64,000 bases of DNA, taken from NCBI GenBank assembly GCA_035628505.1, contig DASPJR010000104.1:1468-65467 (forward strand). Direction: 5' to 3'. Below the pieces are notes generated by a model, which saw only the letters and a list, made by a program, of their open reading frames with translations, did not search any database and was not told where the DNA came from. Each line of letters starts with the position of its first letter. Within the stretch, counting starts at the first letter, position 1. This document shows positions 8,932 through 18,740 of this stretch, in pieces. Origin of the DNA: Planctomycetota bacterium. Its GTDB lineage: Bacteria > Planctomycetota > SZUA-567 > H5-PLA8. The position numbers were made by a program, and so were the translations under genes.

Positions 8932-10437
8932 ATGCAGAAGTGGCCGAAGTACCCGCTCGTTTATGAGATAAACACGCGCGTCTGGCTGGCAGAACTATCA
9001 GCCCGCTACGGCCGCAAGCTGACGCTCGACCTGGTTCCCGATAGCGAAATTGAAAGCATCGCCAGCAAAGGTTTTCACGCCGTATGGCTGATGGGCGTGT
9101 GGACTACCGGGGACGAGCCCCTGGCTATCGCGCGCGAACACACCGGCCTGCAGCAGGAATACCGCAAGGCACTGCCCGATTTTACTCCCGCGGACGTGAT
9201 CGGCTCGCCGTACGCGATCACAACCTACCAGGTTTCGGCGGCGCTTGGCGGCCGCGCGGCGCTGGCACGCTTGCGGCAGCGCCTGGCGACAAATGGACTG
9301 CGCCTGATCCTGGATTTCGTCAGCAATCACACGTCGCGCGACCATCATTTTGTGATCGAGCATCCCGAGTATTACGTGTACGGCACCGAAGAGGATCTCG
9401 CGCGCGAGCCGCAAAATTTTTTCCGCACGGCCAGCGGGCACATTCTCGCGCACGGCCGCGATCCGTATTTCCCGGGCTGGACCGACACCGCGCAGATCAA
9501 CTACGCGCAGCCGTCCGCGCGTGAGGCCATGAAGCAGAAGCTGCTGGACATCTGCAGCCAGTGCGACGGCATCCGCTGCGACATGGCTATGCTGATCGTT
9601 CCCGAAGTGATCGAGAAACTCTGGGGCCACCGGCTGGGCTCGAGCTCGGTAAAGGAGAGTTTCTGGAAAGAAGCATTACCGGCCGTGCTGCAGCGCCATC
9701 CGGGCACGCTCTTTATCGCCGAGAGCTACTGGAACATGGAATGGCAGCTGCAGCAGCAGGGCTTCCACTTCACGTATGACAAGACGCTTTATGACCGCCT
9801 GAAGAAGAAGGATTATGGCGGCGTGCGCGCGCATCTGCAGGGTGCGGGCGCCTACCAGGACAGCTGCCTGCGCTTTGTTGAAAATCATGACGAAGAGCGC
9901 GCCGTGACCACGTTTGGCGCCGCCTATTCGCGCAGCGCGGCCGTTGCAACGTTCTTTACGCCTGGCCTGCGCCTCTTTCACGAGGGCCAGCTGGAAGGCC
10001 ACCGCATCAAGATACCCGTGCAACTCGCACGCCGGCCGCACGAAAACGAGGACGTTGAGACCGCGCACTTTTACGAAAAGCTGCTCGGCGTTCTGCAGGA
10101 CCCGGTGTTTCACAGCGGCCAGTTCACGCTGCTGAATGTTAACTCGCCCGGCTGGGGCGATGCCTCAAACGCGTCGCTGCTGGCCATGCAGTGGACGCCC
10201 GACCGCGACGCCGGAAAGTTCATCGGCTACGTCATCGTGGTTAACTTGAGCGGCATGCGGGCATACGGCCGTATTCCGCTTCCTGCCGAAAAGTTCCGTA
10301 ACAAGGAAAGCTTCGTTTTCCTCGATCGCTACGACGGCAAACGCTACGACCGCGCGGGAGACGAACTGGCCTGGCCCGGGTTGTACGTGGCACTAGAGGC
10401 CTACCAGCCGCATTTGTTCGAAGTCATGCGCGCCTGA
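8932..10437 (+). CDS. glycoside hydrolase family 13 (alpha-amylase family) protein
   Basis: GH13 conserved regions DFVSNHTS, GIRCDMA (nucleophile region), FVENHDE. ATG at 8932 with AAGGCAGG upstream. Confidence 0.8.
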   Translation: MQKWPKYPLVYEINTRVWLAELSARYGRKLTLDLVPDSEIESIASKGFHAVWLMGVWTTGDEPLAIAREHTGLQQEYRKALPDFTPADVIGSPYAITTYQVSAALGGRAALARLRQRLATNGLRLILDFVSNHTSRDHHFVIEHPEYYVYGTEEDLAREPQNFFRTASGHILAHGRDPYFPGWTDTAQINYAQPSAREAMKQKLLDICSQCDGIRCDMAMLIVPEVIEKLWGHRLGSSSVKESFWKEALPAVLQRHPGTLFIAESYWNMEWQLQQQGFHFTYDKTLYDRLKKKDYGGVRAHLQGAGAYQDSCLRFVENHDEERAVTTFGAAYSRSAAVATFFTPGLRLFHEGQLEGHRIKIPVQLARRPHENEDVETAHFYEKLLGVLQDPVFHSGQFTLLNVNSPGWGDASNASLLAMQWTPDRDAGKFIGYVIVVNLSGMRAYGRIPLPAEKFRNKESFVFLDRYDGKRYDRAGDELAWPGLYVALEAYQPHLFEVMRA

Positions 10438-10448
10438 GGAAATCGTAT

Positions 10449-10594
10449 GGGTGGCCCGGACGAAAGTCCGGGTCGCAAAGCGACAATCAACCCTCCTTGT
10501 ACGTAGCATTGCAAGACAATCGTTTTTTGGACTGAGTGAGCGCAAGTAGGGTTGGATGTGCCTTTCGGCACCCGGACTTCGTCCGGGCCACCCG
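10449..10594. repeat. 146-bp element bounded by 28-bp inverted repeats (GGGTGGCCCGGACGAAAGTCCGGGTCGC / GCACCCGGACTTCGTCCGGGCCACCCGC), each arm itself a hairpin
   Basis: Direct reading. The arms are reverse complements apart from one extra A. Lies between convergent GH13 and aminotransferase genes. Confidence 0.6.
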
Positions 10595-10730
10595 CGGGAG
10601 AGGGCGGACATGAGCGAAAGCGAATGCCGGGTGAGGGGTATCCGTTTTCTTGCAAGAAGCGGCTACCCCTCACCCCGGACTCGCTCCGCTCGCTCGGCCC
10701 TCTCCCCGGAGGGGAGAGGGAAAAGCGCGC

Positions 10731-11900
10731 TTACTTCCGCGCGATCGTTTTCAAGCGTTTCGCGGCTTCGAGGATCGTCTCGTCTTTCTTGGCAAAGTTG
10801 AAGCGGATCATCTTCTTCGCTTCGGGTGCTCCCGCGCGGTAGAAACTTGAAGCTGGCACCGCAGCCACCCCGATTTTCTCGACGAGATAGCGCGCGAACT
10901 CAATGTCGTCGCGAATGCCCACGTCCGGGTACTCTGTCATGATGTAGTACGCCCCGCCCGGCTTGAAGCAGCGGAAGCCCGCTTCTTCGAGCACGCCAAC
11001 GCAGAGCTCGCGGCGCGCCTGATATTTCTCGCGCAGCTCGACGTAGTAATCATCGCCGAACTGCAGGCCCGCGACCGCGCCTTCCTGCAGCGGCGCGGGC
11101 GCGCCGACGGTCAGGAAATCGTGGACTTTGCGGATGGCGCCCGTGATCTCCGGCGGCGCGAAACAGTAACCGATGCGCCAGCCGGTCACGCTGTAGGTCT
11201 TGCTCAGGCCGGAGATCGTGACCGTGCGCTCGCGCAATCCCGGCAGCGTGGCGGTGTAAACATGCGGCGTGCCGTCGTAGAGGATGTGTTCGTAGATTTC
11301 GTCGGTGTAGATCAGCGCGTCGAACTCGGTCGCGAGCTTGCCGATGTATTCGAGCTCCTCGCGGGAGAATACCTTGCCGGTCGGGTTGTGCGGCGTGTTG
11401 ACGATGATGCCTTTCGTCCGAGGCGAAAAGGCTTTGCGCAGTTCGTCGCGATCGAAGTCCCAGTGCGGCGGGCGCAGTTTCACGTATACGGGAGTGGCGC
11501 CCGAGAGAATCGCATCCGGGCCGTAATTCTCATAGAACGGTTCGAAGACGATAACTTCCTCACCCGGATCAACCGTCGCCAGCATCGCGGAAATCATGGT
11601 CTCTGTTGATCCGCAGCAGACGGTCAGTTCGCGCTCGGGATCGAAATCCATGCCCATGAAATGTTTTGTTTTTTTGACCAGCGCGTCGCGGAACGCTTTG
11701 GCGCCCCACGTGATCGCGTATTGATTCTTCTCCGCGTCGATCGCTGCCTTGGCCGCTTCTTTCATCGCCTTGGGTGAAGGGAAATCAGGAAAGCCCTGCG
11801 CGAGGTTGACGCCGCCGTGGCGGTTGCACAGCCGCGTCATTTCACGAATCACCGATTCGGTAAAGCGTGCCGCCTTCTGCGAAATCTTGTTCTTGTTCAT
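10731..11900 (-). CDS. pyridoxal-phosphate-dependent aminotransferase, class I/II
   Basis: SGLSKTYSVTGWRIGY (PLP-lysine region), NPTGKV, 389 aa. Aspartate/aromatic aminotransferase family. Confidence 0.85.
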   Translation of the reverse strand: MNKNKISQKAARFTESVIREMTRLCNRHGGVNLAQGFPDFPSPKAMKEAAKAAIDAEKNQYAITWGAKAFRDALVKKTKHFMGMDFDPERELTVCCGSTETMISAMLATVDPGEEVIVFEPFYENYGPDAILSGATPVYVKLRPPHWDFDRDELRKAFSPRTKGIIVNTPHNPTGKVFSREELEYIGKLATEFDALIYTDEIYEHILYDGTPHVYTATLPGLRERTVTISGLSKTYSVTGWRIGYCFAPPEITGAIRKVHDFLTVGAPAPLQEGAVAGLQFGDDYYVELREKYQARRELCVGVLEEAGFRCFKPGGAYYIMTEYPDVGIRDDIEFARYLVEKIGVAAVPASSFYRAGAPEAKKMIRFNFAKKDETILEAAKRLKTIARK

Positions 11901-11919
11901 CGCTACCTTTTTTGGGGAC

Positions 11920-12969
11920 TTAGAGATGTTTGGCGTTAAATTTTGCGTTGGCTGCGGCGGCGTTCATCAACTGTTCCATCTGCTTGCGGTATTTCTCGGA
12001 AATGAGGAACTGGCGCATTTCCTTTTTCATTTCCTCCGGTTTGCGGACTTCATCCAGGCGGATGATGTGGTAGCCAAACGCGCTTTCTACTGGCGCTGAC
12101 GTGGTGTCGCCGGGCTTTTCCAGCGCGTAAACCGCAGCATTGAAGGCGTCCCCGAAGAAAGCCGTCGGGCCGGCTTTCCGTGCGACATAGCCCAGCGCAC
12201 CCTTGTCCGCTTTGCTGGGGCAGTCGCTGTAGGCGCGCACGAGTTTGACAAACTCCTCGCCGTCTTTCAATTTTTTCAGCGCTTCCTCTGCGCGCGCTTT
12301 GGCTTCTTCTTTTGAACGCAGAATTCCTTCCTGCGGCGGCTCGGGCCCTTTGTTCATCACGAGTATATGCGAGGCGCGGCGCAGGCCCATGTTGTCCGTC
12401 TGCGTTTTGATATTCTCCTCCACGTCCGCATCTGTCACACTTTTGGCAAAGTTCTGTTCAATCGCCCAGTTCGCCGCCCAGAAGCGTCTGAACTCTTCAT
12501 CGCTCAGCCCGTTGTCGGCCAGCCACTGCTCGTAGCTGCCCGAGTTGCCTTCTTCGGCCTTGGCTTTCTTGAATTTTTTGAACTGCTCCTCGAACTGCTC
12601 TTTGGAGAGCTCAATCTTGTTGTCGGCTACGTACTTCTCCACGACCGCATTCGCAAGGAAGCGGAAGGCGAAACTCTTGCGCAAAGTGGTCCGCAGCTCG
12701 GGAGCGAGGATATATTTGGGATTCTGGCGCTTGGCGGCGGCCACGTAAGCCAGCTCCACCTTTTCAACCGAACTGAGCGGAATTTTGATCTCGCCGGACT
12801 GAAGAATTACGGCCGCATCAAGTTCGCCAACGGGCACCGTGTCGATCAGATCTTCAACGTTCTGAACTTTCTTCGTTGGCTTTGCACCCTCCGCCGGCGG
12901 CTGGGGTTCGCCCGCTAGAATGGGTGCATTCATGGCGAGGAGCAAAAGTGTCATCAGACGCACATACAT
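11920..12969 (-). CDS. parvulin-type peptidyl-prolyl cis-trans isomerase (SurA/PpiC family), secreted
   Basis: C-terminal PpiC domain (RASHILV..GALGYV..ESAFGYHIIR). Start moved to ATG at 12969 (MYVRLMTLLLLAMNAPILAG signal peptide, AGGAG RBS). The track ORF extends spuriously to 13161. Confidence 0.8.
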   Translation of the reverse strand: MYVRLMTLLLLAMNAPILAGEPQPPAEGAKPTKKVQNVEDLIDTVPVGELDAAVILQSGEIKIPLSSVEKVELAYVAAAKRQNPKYILAPELRTTLRKSFAFRFLANAVVEKYVADNKIELSKEQFEEQFKKFKKAKAEEGNSGSYEQWLADNGLSDEEFRRFWAANWAIEQNFAKSVTDADVEENIKTQTDNMGLRRASHILVMNKGPEPPQEGILRSKEEAKARAEEALKKLKDGEEFVKLVRAYSDCPSKADKGALGYVARKAGPTAFFGDAFNAAVYALEKPGDTTSAPVESAFGYHIIRLDEVRKPEEMKKEMRQFLISEKYRKQMEQLMNAAAANAKFNAKHL

Positions 12970-12997
12970 AAGGTGGCTCCTGGAGAACAGGGTCAAA

Positions 12998-13300
12998 CTA
13001 TTTCTGGGGCTGCGCAGGCACGTTCTGGGGCGTGCAGAATTCGCAAGGCATCCGGCCTGAAAGTTCCGCATCGTACGCAGTTGCAAAGCCAACTGGCGAT
13101 TCAACATTGAGCCCGTAACGGCACTGCCGCGTATGGTAAACTTTGTTCTTCCTTCCGGCAATAAACGGCGCTGAATCCGGATCGACTGTCTTCGCCTGCT
13201 GCGGCTGCAGCAAACCCATTCGGGGTGACTCAGCTTTCTTACAACTGCTTAGCGCCAGAATACATGTAAGGAGGAGAACAAGAAGACGCGTCCGCAACAT
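12998..13300 (-). CDS. small lipoprotein with Ada-like 4-Cys zinc-binding motif
   Basis: Signal peptide plus lipobox (ILALSSC). KVYHTRQCRYG...GRMPCEFCTP resembles the Ada N-terminal Zn(Cys)4 motif. AGGA RBS. Confidence 0.5.
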   Translation of the reverse strand: MLRTRLLVLLLTCILALSSCKKAESPRMGLLQPQQAKTVDPDSAPFIAGRKNKVYHTRQCRYGLNVESPVGFATAYDAELSGRMPCEFCTPQNVPAQPQK

Positions 13301-13333
13301 GCGTGTATCCTAATTGAATCCGCGAAATGGAAA

Positions 13334-14782
13334 ATGCAAAATGCAAAACGGCTGTACGCTATGCAAAACGAGGTCCTCAGAGCTGTGACGACTGAAAGGC
13401 GAGACACTTCATCAGGACGCGACTGGCGGCACATTGACCAGAACGCATTGTGGCATCCGTTCACGCAGATGTCGGAGTACCAGCGCGAAGATCCCCCGCC
13501 GCCGATCATCGTGTCCGCCGAAGGCAACTGGCTGATCGCGCAGGACGGCAAACGCTACCTGGACGCCAACTGCGGCTATTGGTGCCTGGCCCTGGGTTGC
13601 CGGCCTGAAAGTGTTGAGCGCGCCGTAAAGGCGCAGCTGGACCGCTTTGCGCATTCCACGCTGCTCGGCCTTTCGCATGAACCGGCAATCGCCCTCGCGG
13701 AGCGGCTCACAAAGCTGGCAGGACCGCCGCTCAATCATGTCTTTTTCAACGATTCGGGATCCGAAGCTGTCGAAGCCGCTCTCAAGATGGCCTATCAGTA
13801 TCAGGTTCATCAAGGCCATCCGGAGCGCTGCGAATTCCTGGGCTTAGGCGAAGCCTATCACGGAGACACCCTCGGCGCCGTCGCGGTCAGCGGAGTCGAC
13901 CTGTTTCACGCCACGTTCAAGCCGCTACTCTTCAAGGTTCAGCGCGTAGCGCCTCCGCATTGTTATCGCTGCCCATTTGACCGCAAGCCGGACACGTGCG
14001 CTCTCGAATGCGCGCAGGCCATGGAGAATGCGATCGCCGAGCGCGCTTCGACGCTCGCGGCCGTAATCGTCGAGCCTTTTGTGCTCGGGCCCGGTGGCAT
14101 CATTCCGCAGCCGGCGAATTACCTTGAGCGTGTCACGCAGGCTGCTCGACGCCACGGCGTCACGTTGATTTTCGACGAGGTTGCCGTTGGCATGGGCCGC
14201 CTTGGAAGTGTTTTCGCTTTCGAGCAGCTGACAAACCGGAATGTCGATTTCAAGCCAGACATCGTCTGCTGTGCGAAGGGACTCACCGCCGGCGTGCTGC
14301 CGCTCTCGGCGGTGCTCGTGAACGACACCATCTACGACGCATTCAAAGGGACGATCGCCGAACGTAAAACATTCTTCCATGGCCACACATTTACAGGCTC
14401 GGCACTCGGCTGTGCGGCTGCGCTTGCGGCCCTGGACGTGATCGCTTCTGGCGACTTCCTGCAGACGCTGCGCGATGTCACTATTCCGGCCTTCTGGCGC
14501 GCGCTGGAGCCGCTTCGCGCGCACCCGCACGTGGGAAATCTGCGTGGCCGCGGAATGATGGCGGGTCTGGAAGTGGTCAAGAGCCGCGGCGCGAAGGACG
14601 AATCATACCCGTGGCACGAGCGCTATGGGCACCGCGTGGTGCTGGCCGCCAGAAAACGTGGCGTGAACGTCAGGGCCATCGGCGACCTGCTGCTGGCGGT
14701 GCCGCCGCTGACCGTCACGCTCGAGGAGATCAGGCTGCTTGCGTCAGTGCTGTCCGAAAGCCTGGATGAAGCGACTGCCTAG
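13334..14782 (+). CDS. bioA: adenosylmethionine-8-amino-7-oxononanoate aminotransferase
   Basis: Class III aminotransferase with the BioA-typical LWHPFTQM N-terminal motif, DEVAVGMGRLG, CCAKGLTAG (PLP lysine). Start could also be the in-frame ATG at 13361. Confidence 0.8.
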   Translation: MQNAKRLYAMQNEVLRAVTTERRDTSSGRDWRHIDQNALWHPFTQMSEYQREDPPPPIIVSAEGNWLIAQDGKRYLDANCGYWCLALGCRPESVERAVKAQLDRFAHSTLLGLSHEPAIALAERLTKLAGPPLNHVFFNDSGSEAVEAALKMAYQYQVHQGHPERCEFLGLGEAYHGDTLGAVAVSGVDLFHATFKPLLFKVQRVAPPHCYRCPFDRKPDTCALECAQAMENAIAERASTLAAVIVEPFVLGPGGIIPQPANYLERVTQAARRHGVTLIFDEVAVGMGRLGSVFAFEQLTNRNVDFKPDIVCCAKGLTAGVLPLSAVLVNDTIYDAFKGTIAERKTFFHGHTFTGSALGCAAALAALDVIASGDFLQTLRDVTIPAFWRALEPLRAHPHVGNLRGRGMMAGLEVVKSRGAKDESYPWHERYGHRVVLAARKRGVNVRAIGDLLLAVPPLTVTLEEIRLLASVLSESLDEATA

Positions 14783-14853
14783 ATTTCCGCTGCAAAGTGT
14801 AAGATGGTGGATAATCTTAAAGCTACACGCCGCTGAAAGGTGGGGCCTCGCGC

Positions 14854-16059
14854 ATGCTCGAAAATTTCACCCGATTGAAAGAAAAGAACACGCACCGCGT
14901 TGTCGGTCTCATGTCCGGCACCAGCGCAGACGGAGTCGATGCGGCGCTCTGTGAAATTTCAGGCGAGGGCCGCGGAGGGCTGAAAGTCAAGCTGCTGGCC
15001 AAGCATGCGCAGGAGTATCCCGATTTTCTGCGCGAGCGCATCCTGCAGGCTTGCGAACCGAAAGGCGGCAACTCGGCCGAACTCTGCGAACTCAACTTTC
15101 TGATTGGCGAAGCTTTCGCCTTCACGACCAATGCGCTGCTCGATAATGCCGGCATTGCGAAGGAAGAAATCGACCTGATCGGCAGCCACGGCCAGACCGT
15201 CTCACACATACCGCCGCGCACCGGCGCAACGACTTTTCAGCTCGGCTCGACGCTGCAACTCGGAGAGCCCGCCGTGATCGCCGAACGCACCGGCATTCCG
15301 GTAATTTCAAATTTCCGCACGCGCGACATGGCCGCGGGAGGGCAGGGCGCACCGCTGGTTCCGATCGTCGACTACCTGCTTCTCTCCAGCGACTCCAGCA
15401 ACCGTGTCGTGCTCAATATCGGCGGCATCTCCAACATCACGTACCTGCCCGCGCACGGCCGCTTCGAAGAAACCATCGCTTTCGACACAGGCCCTGGAAA
15501 CATGATCGTTGACGCCATGGTCCATTACCTGACGCAAGGCGAGCAAACTTTCGACCGCGACGGTCAGATGGCCGCGTCCGGCACGATCAACCAGAAGCTG
15601 CTCAACGCTATGATGCAGCACGATTATCTGATGCGTCCGCCGCCGAAGAGCACCGGGCGTGAGGATTTCGGTGTCGATTTTGCCGTGAACATGTACGAGT
15701 GGGGAACGCGGCACGGCTTCGTGATCATGCCGCGAGACATCGTAGCAACCGCTACGCTGTTCACAGCTCTGACGATTGCCGACGGGCTTAAGCGTTTCGT
15801 TCTTTCGCGCGGCACGATCGATGAAGTCATCGTCTCGGGCGGCGGGGCGCTTAATCCGGTGCTGATGGCGCACCTGGAAAAGGAACTCCAGGGAATGAAG
15901 ATTGTCAATTCGGATGTATATGACGTGCCCATCAAGGCCAAGGAAAGCATCGCTTTTGCGGTGCTCGCGCGCGAAACGGCGCTGGGGCGTCCGGGCAACA
16001 TGCCGTCAGCAACGGGCGCGAGCGGCACGCGCATCCTCGGCCAGATCACACTGACCTGA
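14854..16059 (+). CDS. anmK: anhydro-N-acetylmuramic acid kinase
   Basis: VGLMSGTSADGVD N-terminus, 401 aa, typical AnmK length and motifs. Confidence 0.9.
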   Translation: MLENFTRLKEKNTHRVVGLMSGTSADGVDAALCEISGEGRGGLKVKLLAKHAQEYPDFLRERILQACEPKGGNSAELCELNFLIGEAFAFTTNALLDNAGIAKEEIDLIGSHGQTVSHIPPRTGATTFQLGSTLQLGEPAVIAERTGIPVISNFRTRDMAAGGQGAPLVPIVDYLLLSSDSSNRVVLNIGGISNITYLPAHGRFEETIAFDTGPGNMIVDAMVHYLTQGEQTFDRDGQMAASGTINQKLLNAMMQHDYLMRPPPKSTGREDFGVDFAVNMYEWGTRHGFVIMPRDIVATATLFTALTIADGLKRFVLSRGTIDEVIVSGGGALNPVLMAHLEKELQGMKIVNSDVYDVPIKAKESIAFAVLARETALGRPGNMPSATGASGTRILGQITLT

Positions 16060-16062
16060 AAC

Positions 16063-17793
16063 TCAGGGCAGCACTTCTTTCAGCTCGCCCAGGCGGCTCT
16101 GCGCCTGCACACTGATGGCATCACCGGTGCCGGCGCGCAGGTGTTCGAGCACGTCCGCGAGGTGCTGTGCTGCAACAAAGCGCGGGATGAACACATACGC
16201 CGCGCCTTCCTGGTACATGGCGCGGGCGTCGTCCAGCTTTTCGGCAGTCACCACGATCTTCGCATTGGGTGCGAGTTCCTTCAGCGAGCGCAGGATTTTC
16301 AGGTTGCTGGTGCCCTTCAGGAGATGATCGGGAATCGTGCAGACGAGGATGCGCGCTTCGGAGAGATCGAGGTGGCGCAGCGTATCGCTGTGGCTGATGT
16401 CGCCGTATTCACACGGCACGCCCATCTCGCGCAGTTTCTTGTGCGCTTCGGGATTAAAGTCGACGACCATGACATGCTTGAGAGCGTTCTCGGAATGCTC
16501 TTCCATCATTTCGCGCAGCAGCGAGCTGGCTTCGCGGTAAAAACCGAGCAGCACAATCTGCGGCGCATGCTCGTGGCCCGCCGCGGTTTTTTCTTCTTCG
16601 ACGACCTTGTCCTTGAACTGCGTTTTTTCGAGCAACGGGTTGATGGCGCGGTAGATCGCGTGCCCGCGCGGGATCAGCACCGACGACAGGAGCGCCGTTG
16701 CGACCATCGCGAGAATGAACGCGGAGAGCACGTCCTTGCCGATGTGATTGTGGCTGACGCCCAGGGCAGCCAGCACGAGCGCAAATTCGGAAAGCTGACT
16801 GAGATTAATCGCCGGGATCAGGCTGGCGTAATTGCCGTACTTCAGCAGGTGGAGCACCGGGAAAACGGTCAGGACGCGGCTGAGCAGCACGAAAGCGATC
16901 ACTGCGCCGGTGAGCGTCAGCACCTCCGCGGTGGGTTTCGGAATCTGCAGGCCCAGCGCGACGAAGAACAGCGTGATGAAGAAGTCGCGCAAGGCTGAAA
17001 CTTTTACGGCGATGTCCACGTGATACGGAAACGAGGCGATGGAAACCCCTGCGATCAGCGCGCCCATTTCGAGCGAGAGATGCAGGCTCTCGGCCAGTCC
17101 GCACATCGCAAAACACCAGGCCATGGCTGCAACGAGCATCAGTTCCGGCTGCTTTCCGATCGTCGCAAACAATCGGGGCAGGATGAAGCGCGCGATCAGG
17201 AAGCCGGCGAGCACCAGCAGCACCGCGCGCCCGAGGGACTTCACGAGCACAATCGCCTGCAGATCGGCAAGGTTCGGCTGCACGGCAAGGAATGCGATGG
17301 CCCACATGTCCTGCAGCACCAGGATGCCCAGGGTGATGCGCGAAGTAAACGTGTCGAGCTCCATGCGGTCGGAAAGAATCTTTACGACAATCAGCGTCGA
17401 TGAAAGCGAGCAAGCGACTGCAAGATACACGAGCAGATAGCTGCCTTCGGCGTTCCTGTAGCCGAGCAAAGAGAAAAAGCCCACCGCCAGCAGCGCGCAC
17501 CCGACGAACTGGGTCACGCCATTCACCAGCACGGCTTTGCCCGCCTGCAGCAGCTTGCGAATGTCGATTTCCAGGCCGAGGATGAACATCAGCAGAATCA
17601 AGCCTATTTCGGACAGCGTTTCGATGCTGTGCGAGTTCTTGATCCAGCTCAGTCCCAGGTGCGGTCCGAGGATTACTCCCGCGGCCAGGTACGCGAGCAT
17701 CAGCGGCAGACGCAGCAGATACGCCGGCAGCGCGAGGGCGGCGGCGCCGAGCACAGACAGACCGACATCTTTTAAAAGATTGTGTTCTTCCAC
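16063..17793 (-). CDS. CPA2-family cation:proton antiporter with C-terminal RCK/TrkA-N domain (Kef-type)
   Basis: About 12 TM helices (Na_H_Exchanger fold) followed by a Rossmann-like regulatory domain (IVLLGFYREASSLL...). Stop lies 3 nt from the convergent anmK stop. Confidence 0.8.
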   Translation of the reverse strand: MEEHNLLKDVGLSVLGAAALALPAYLLRLPLMLAYLAAGVILGPHLGLSWIKNSHSIETLSEIGLILLMFILGLEIDIRKLLQAGKAVLVNGVTQFVGCALLAVGFFSLLGYRNAEGSYLLVYLAVACSLSSTLIVVKILSDRMELDTFTSRITLGILVLQDMWAIAFLAVQPNLADLQAIVLVKSLGRAVLLVLAGFLIARFILPRLFATIGKQPELMLVAAMAWCFAMCGLAESLHLSLEMGALIAGVSIASFPYHVDIAVKVSALRDFFITLFFVALGLQIPKPTAEVLTLTGAVIAFVLLSRVLTVFPVLHLLKYGNYASLIPAINLSQLSEFALVLAALGVSHNHIGKDVLSAFILAMVATALLSSVLIPRGHAIYRAINPLLEKTQFKDKVVEEEKTAAGHEHAPQIVLLGFYREASSLLREMMEEHSENALKHVMVVDFNPEAHKKLREMGVPCEYGDISHSDTLRHLDLSEARILVCTIPDHLLKGTSNLKILRSLKELAPNAKIVVTAEKLDDARAMYQEGAAYVFIPRFVAAQHLADVLEHLRAGTGDAISVQAQSRLGELKEVLP

Positions 17794-17904
17794 GCGGGCT
17801 CCAGGTTGAGACTATGGGTTTAAGCTGACGCCACCTACGTGTCAACGATGCCTGCTCAATATCGAATCCGCAGGCGTGGCCGGGCTCTTGCGTCAGCGTT
17901 TTGT

Positions 17905-18669
17905 ATGTCGGCGCGCGGAGTCAAAACCAGGCTGTGGATCGGCACCAGCGGATATATTTATAAACACTGGAAGCAGGGCGTTTTTTATCCCCCGGACCTG
18001 CCTCAGAAAGAATGGTTCACCTGGTACTGCTCGCGTTTTCGCACCCTTGAAGTGAATACGACGTTTTATCGACTGGCACGTCCGGCGGCGGTGCAAAAGT
18101 GGCATGAGCAGTCACCGCCGGATTTCCGCTTTTTTGTCAAAGGCAGCCGCTTCATTACGCATATGAAAAAGCTGACCGACCCGCCGCAGGCGCTCAAGCG
18201 CTTCTTTGAAGGCATTGCGCCGCTGCGCGAAAAGCTCGCGGGAGTGCTCTGGCAACTCCCGGAAAATTTCAAGATCAACACCGAACGGCTTGCGGCATTC
18301 ATCGCCGAATTCCGCCGCTTCAGCGACTCGCGGCTTGTTTTTGAGTTCCGCAATCCGACGTGGTTTCATCCGGAAACAACCGCGCTGCTGGAACAGTACG
18401 GAGCAGCTTACTGCCGCGCCGACCAGCCGCCGTTCCTGCTCGAGCTGCAGATCCCAGACACCGCTTCATTCGTGTATTACCGCCGCCACGGCCCCACGCC
18501 CGGACGGGCCTACGCCGACAGTTACTCCGACGCCGCCTTGCGCAGCGATGCCGGCGAGGTGCGGCGCTTTCTGCGCCGAGGCCGCGAGGTCTACGTGTAT
18601 TTCAATAACGACATCGGCGGCCACGCACCGCGCGACGCCGTCCGCCTGCAGTCTTTTTCAGCCGCGTAA
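17905..18669 (+). CDS. DUF72 family protein
   Basis: RLWIGTSGYIYKHW..FYP N-terminus and overall similarity to YecE/DUF72. ATG at 17905 chosen over the upstream 17839. Confidence 0.8.
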   Translation: MSARGVKTRLWIGTSGYIYKHWKQGVFYPPDLPQKEWFTWYCSRFRTLEVNTTFYRLARPAAVQKWHEQSPPDFRFFVKGSRFITHMKKLTDPPQALKRFFEGIAPLREKLAGVLWQLPENFKINTERLAAFIAEFRRFSDSRLVFEFRNPTWFHPETTALLEQYGAAYCRADQPPFLLELQIPDTASFVYYRRHGPTPGRAYADSYSDAALRSDAGEVRRFLRRGREVYVYFNNDIGGHAPRDAVRLQSFSAA

Positions 18670-18740
18670 GGAATTGCATTTCCGGCGGTCGTTTTTTTCA
18701 GCTAATCTCGACATGTCAGGGAGGCGGGTTCGTCTGGCGC

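Noticed and set aside
12970-13161. N-terminal extension of the PPIase ORF
   Set aside because: Overlaps the lipoprotein gene 12998-13300. An internal ATG at 12969 has a good RBS and yields a canonical signal peptide.
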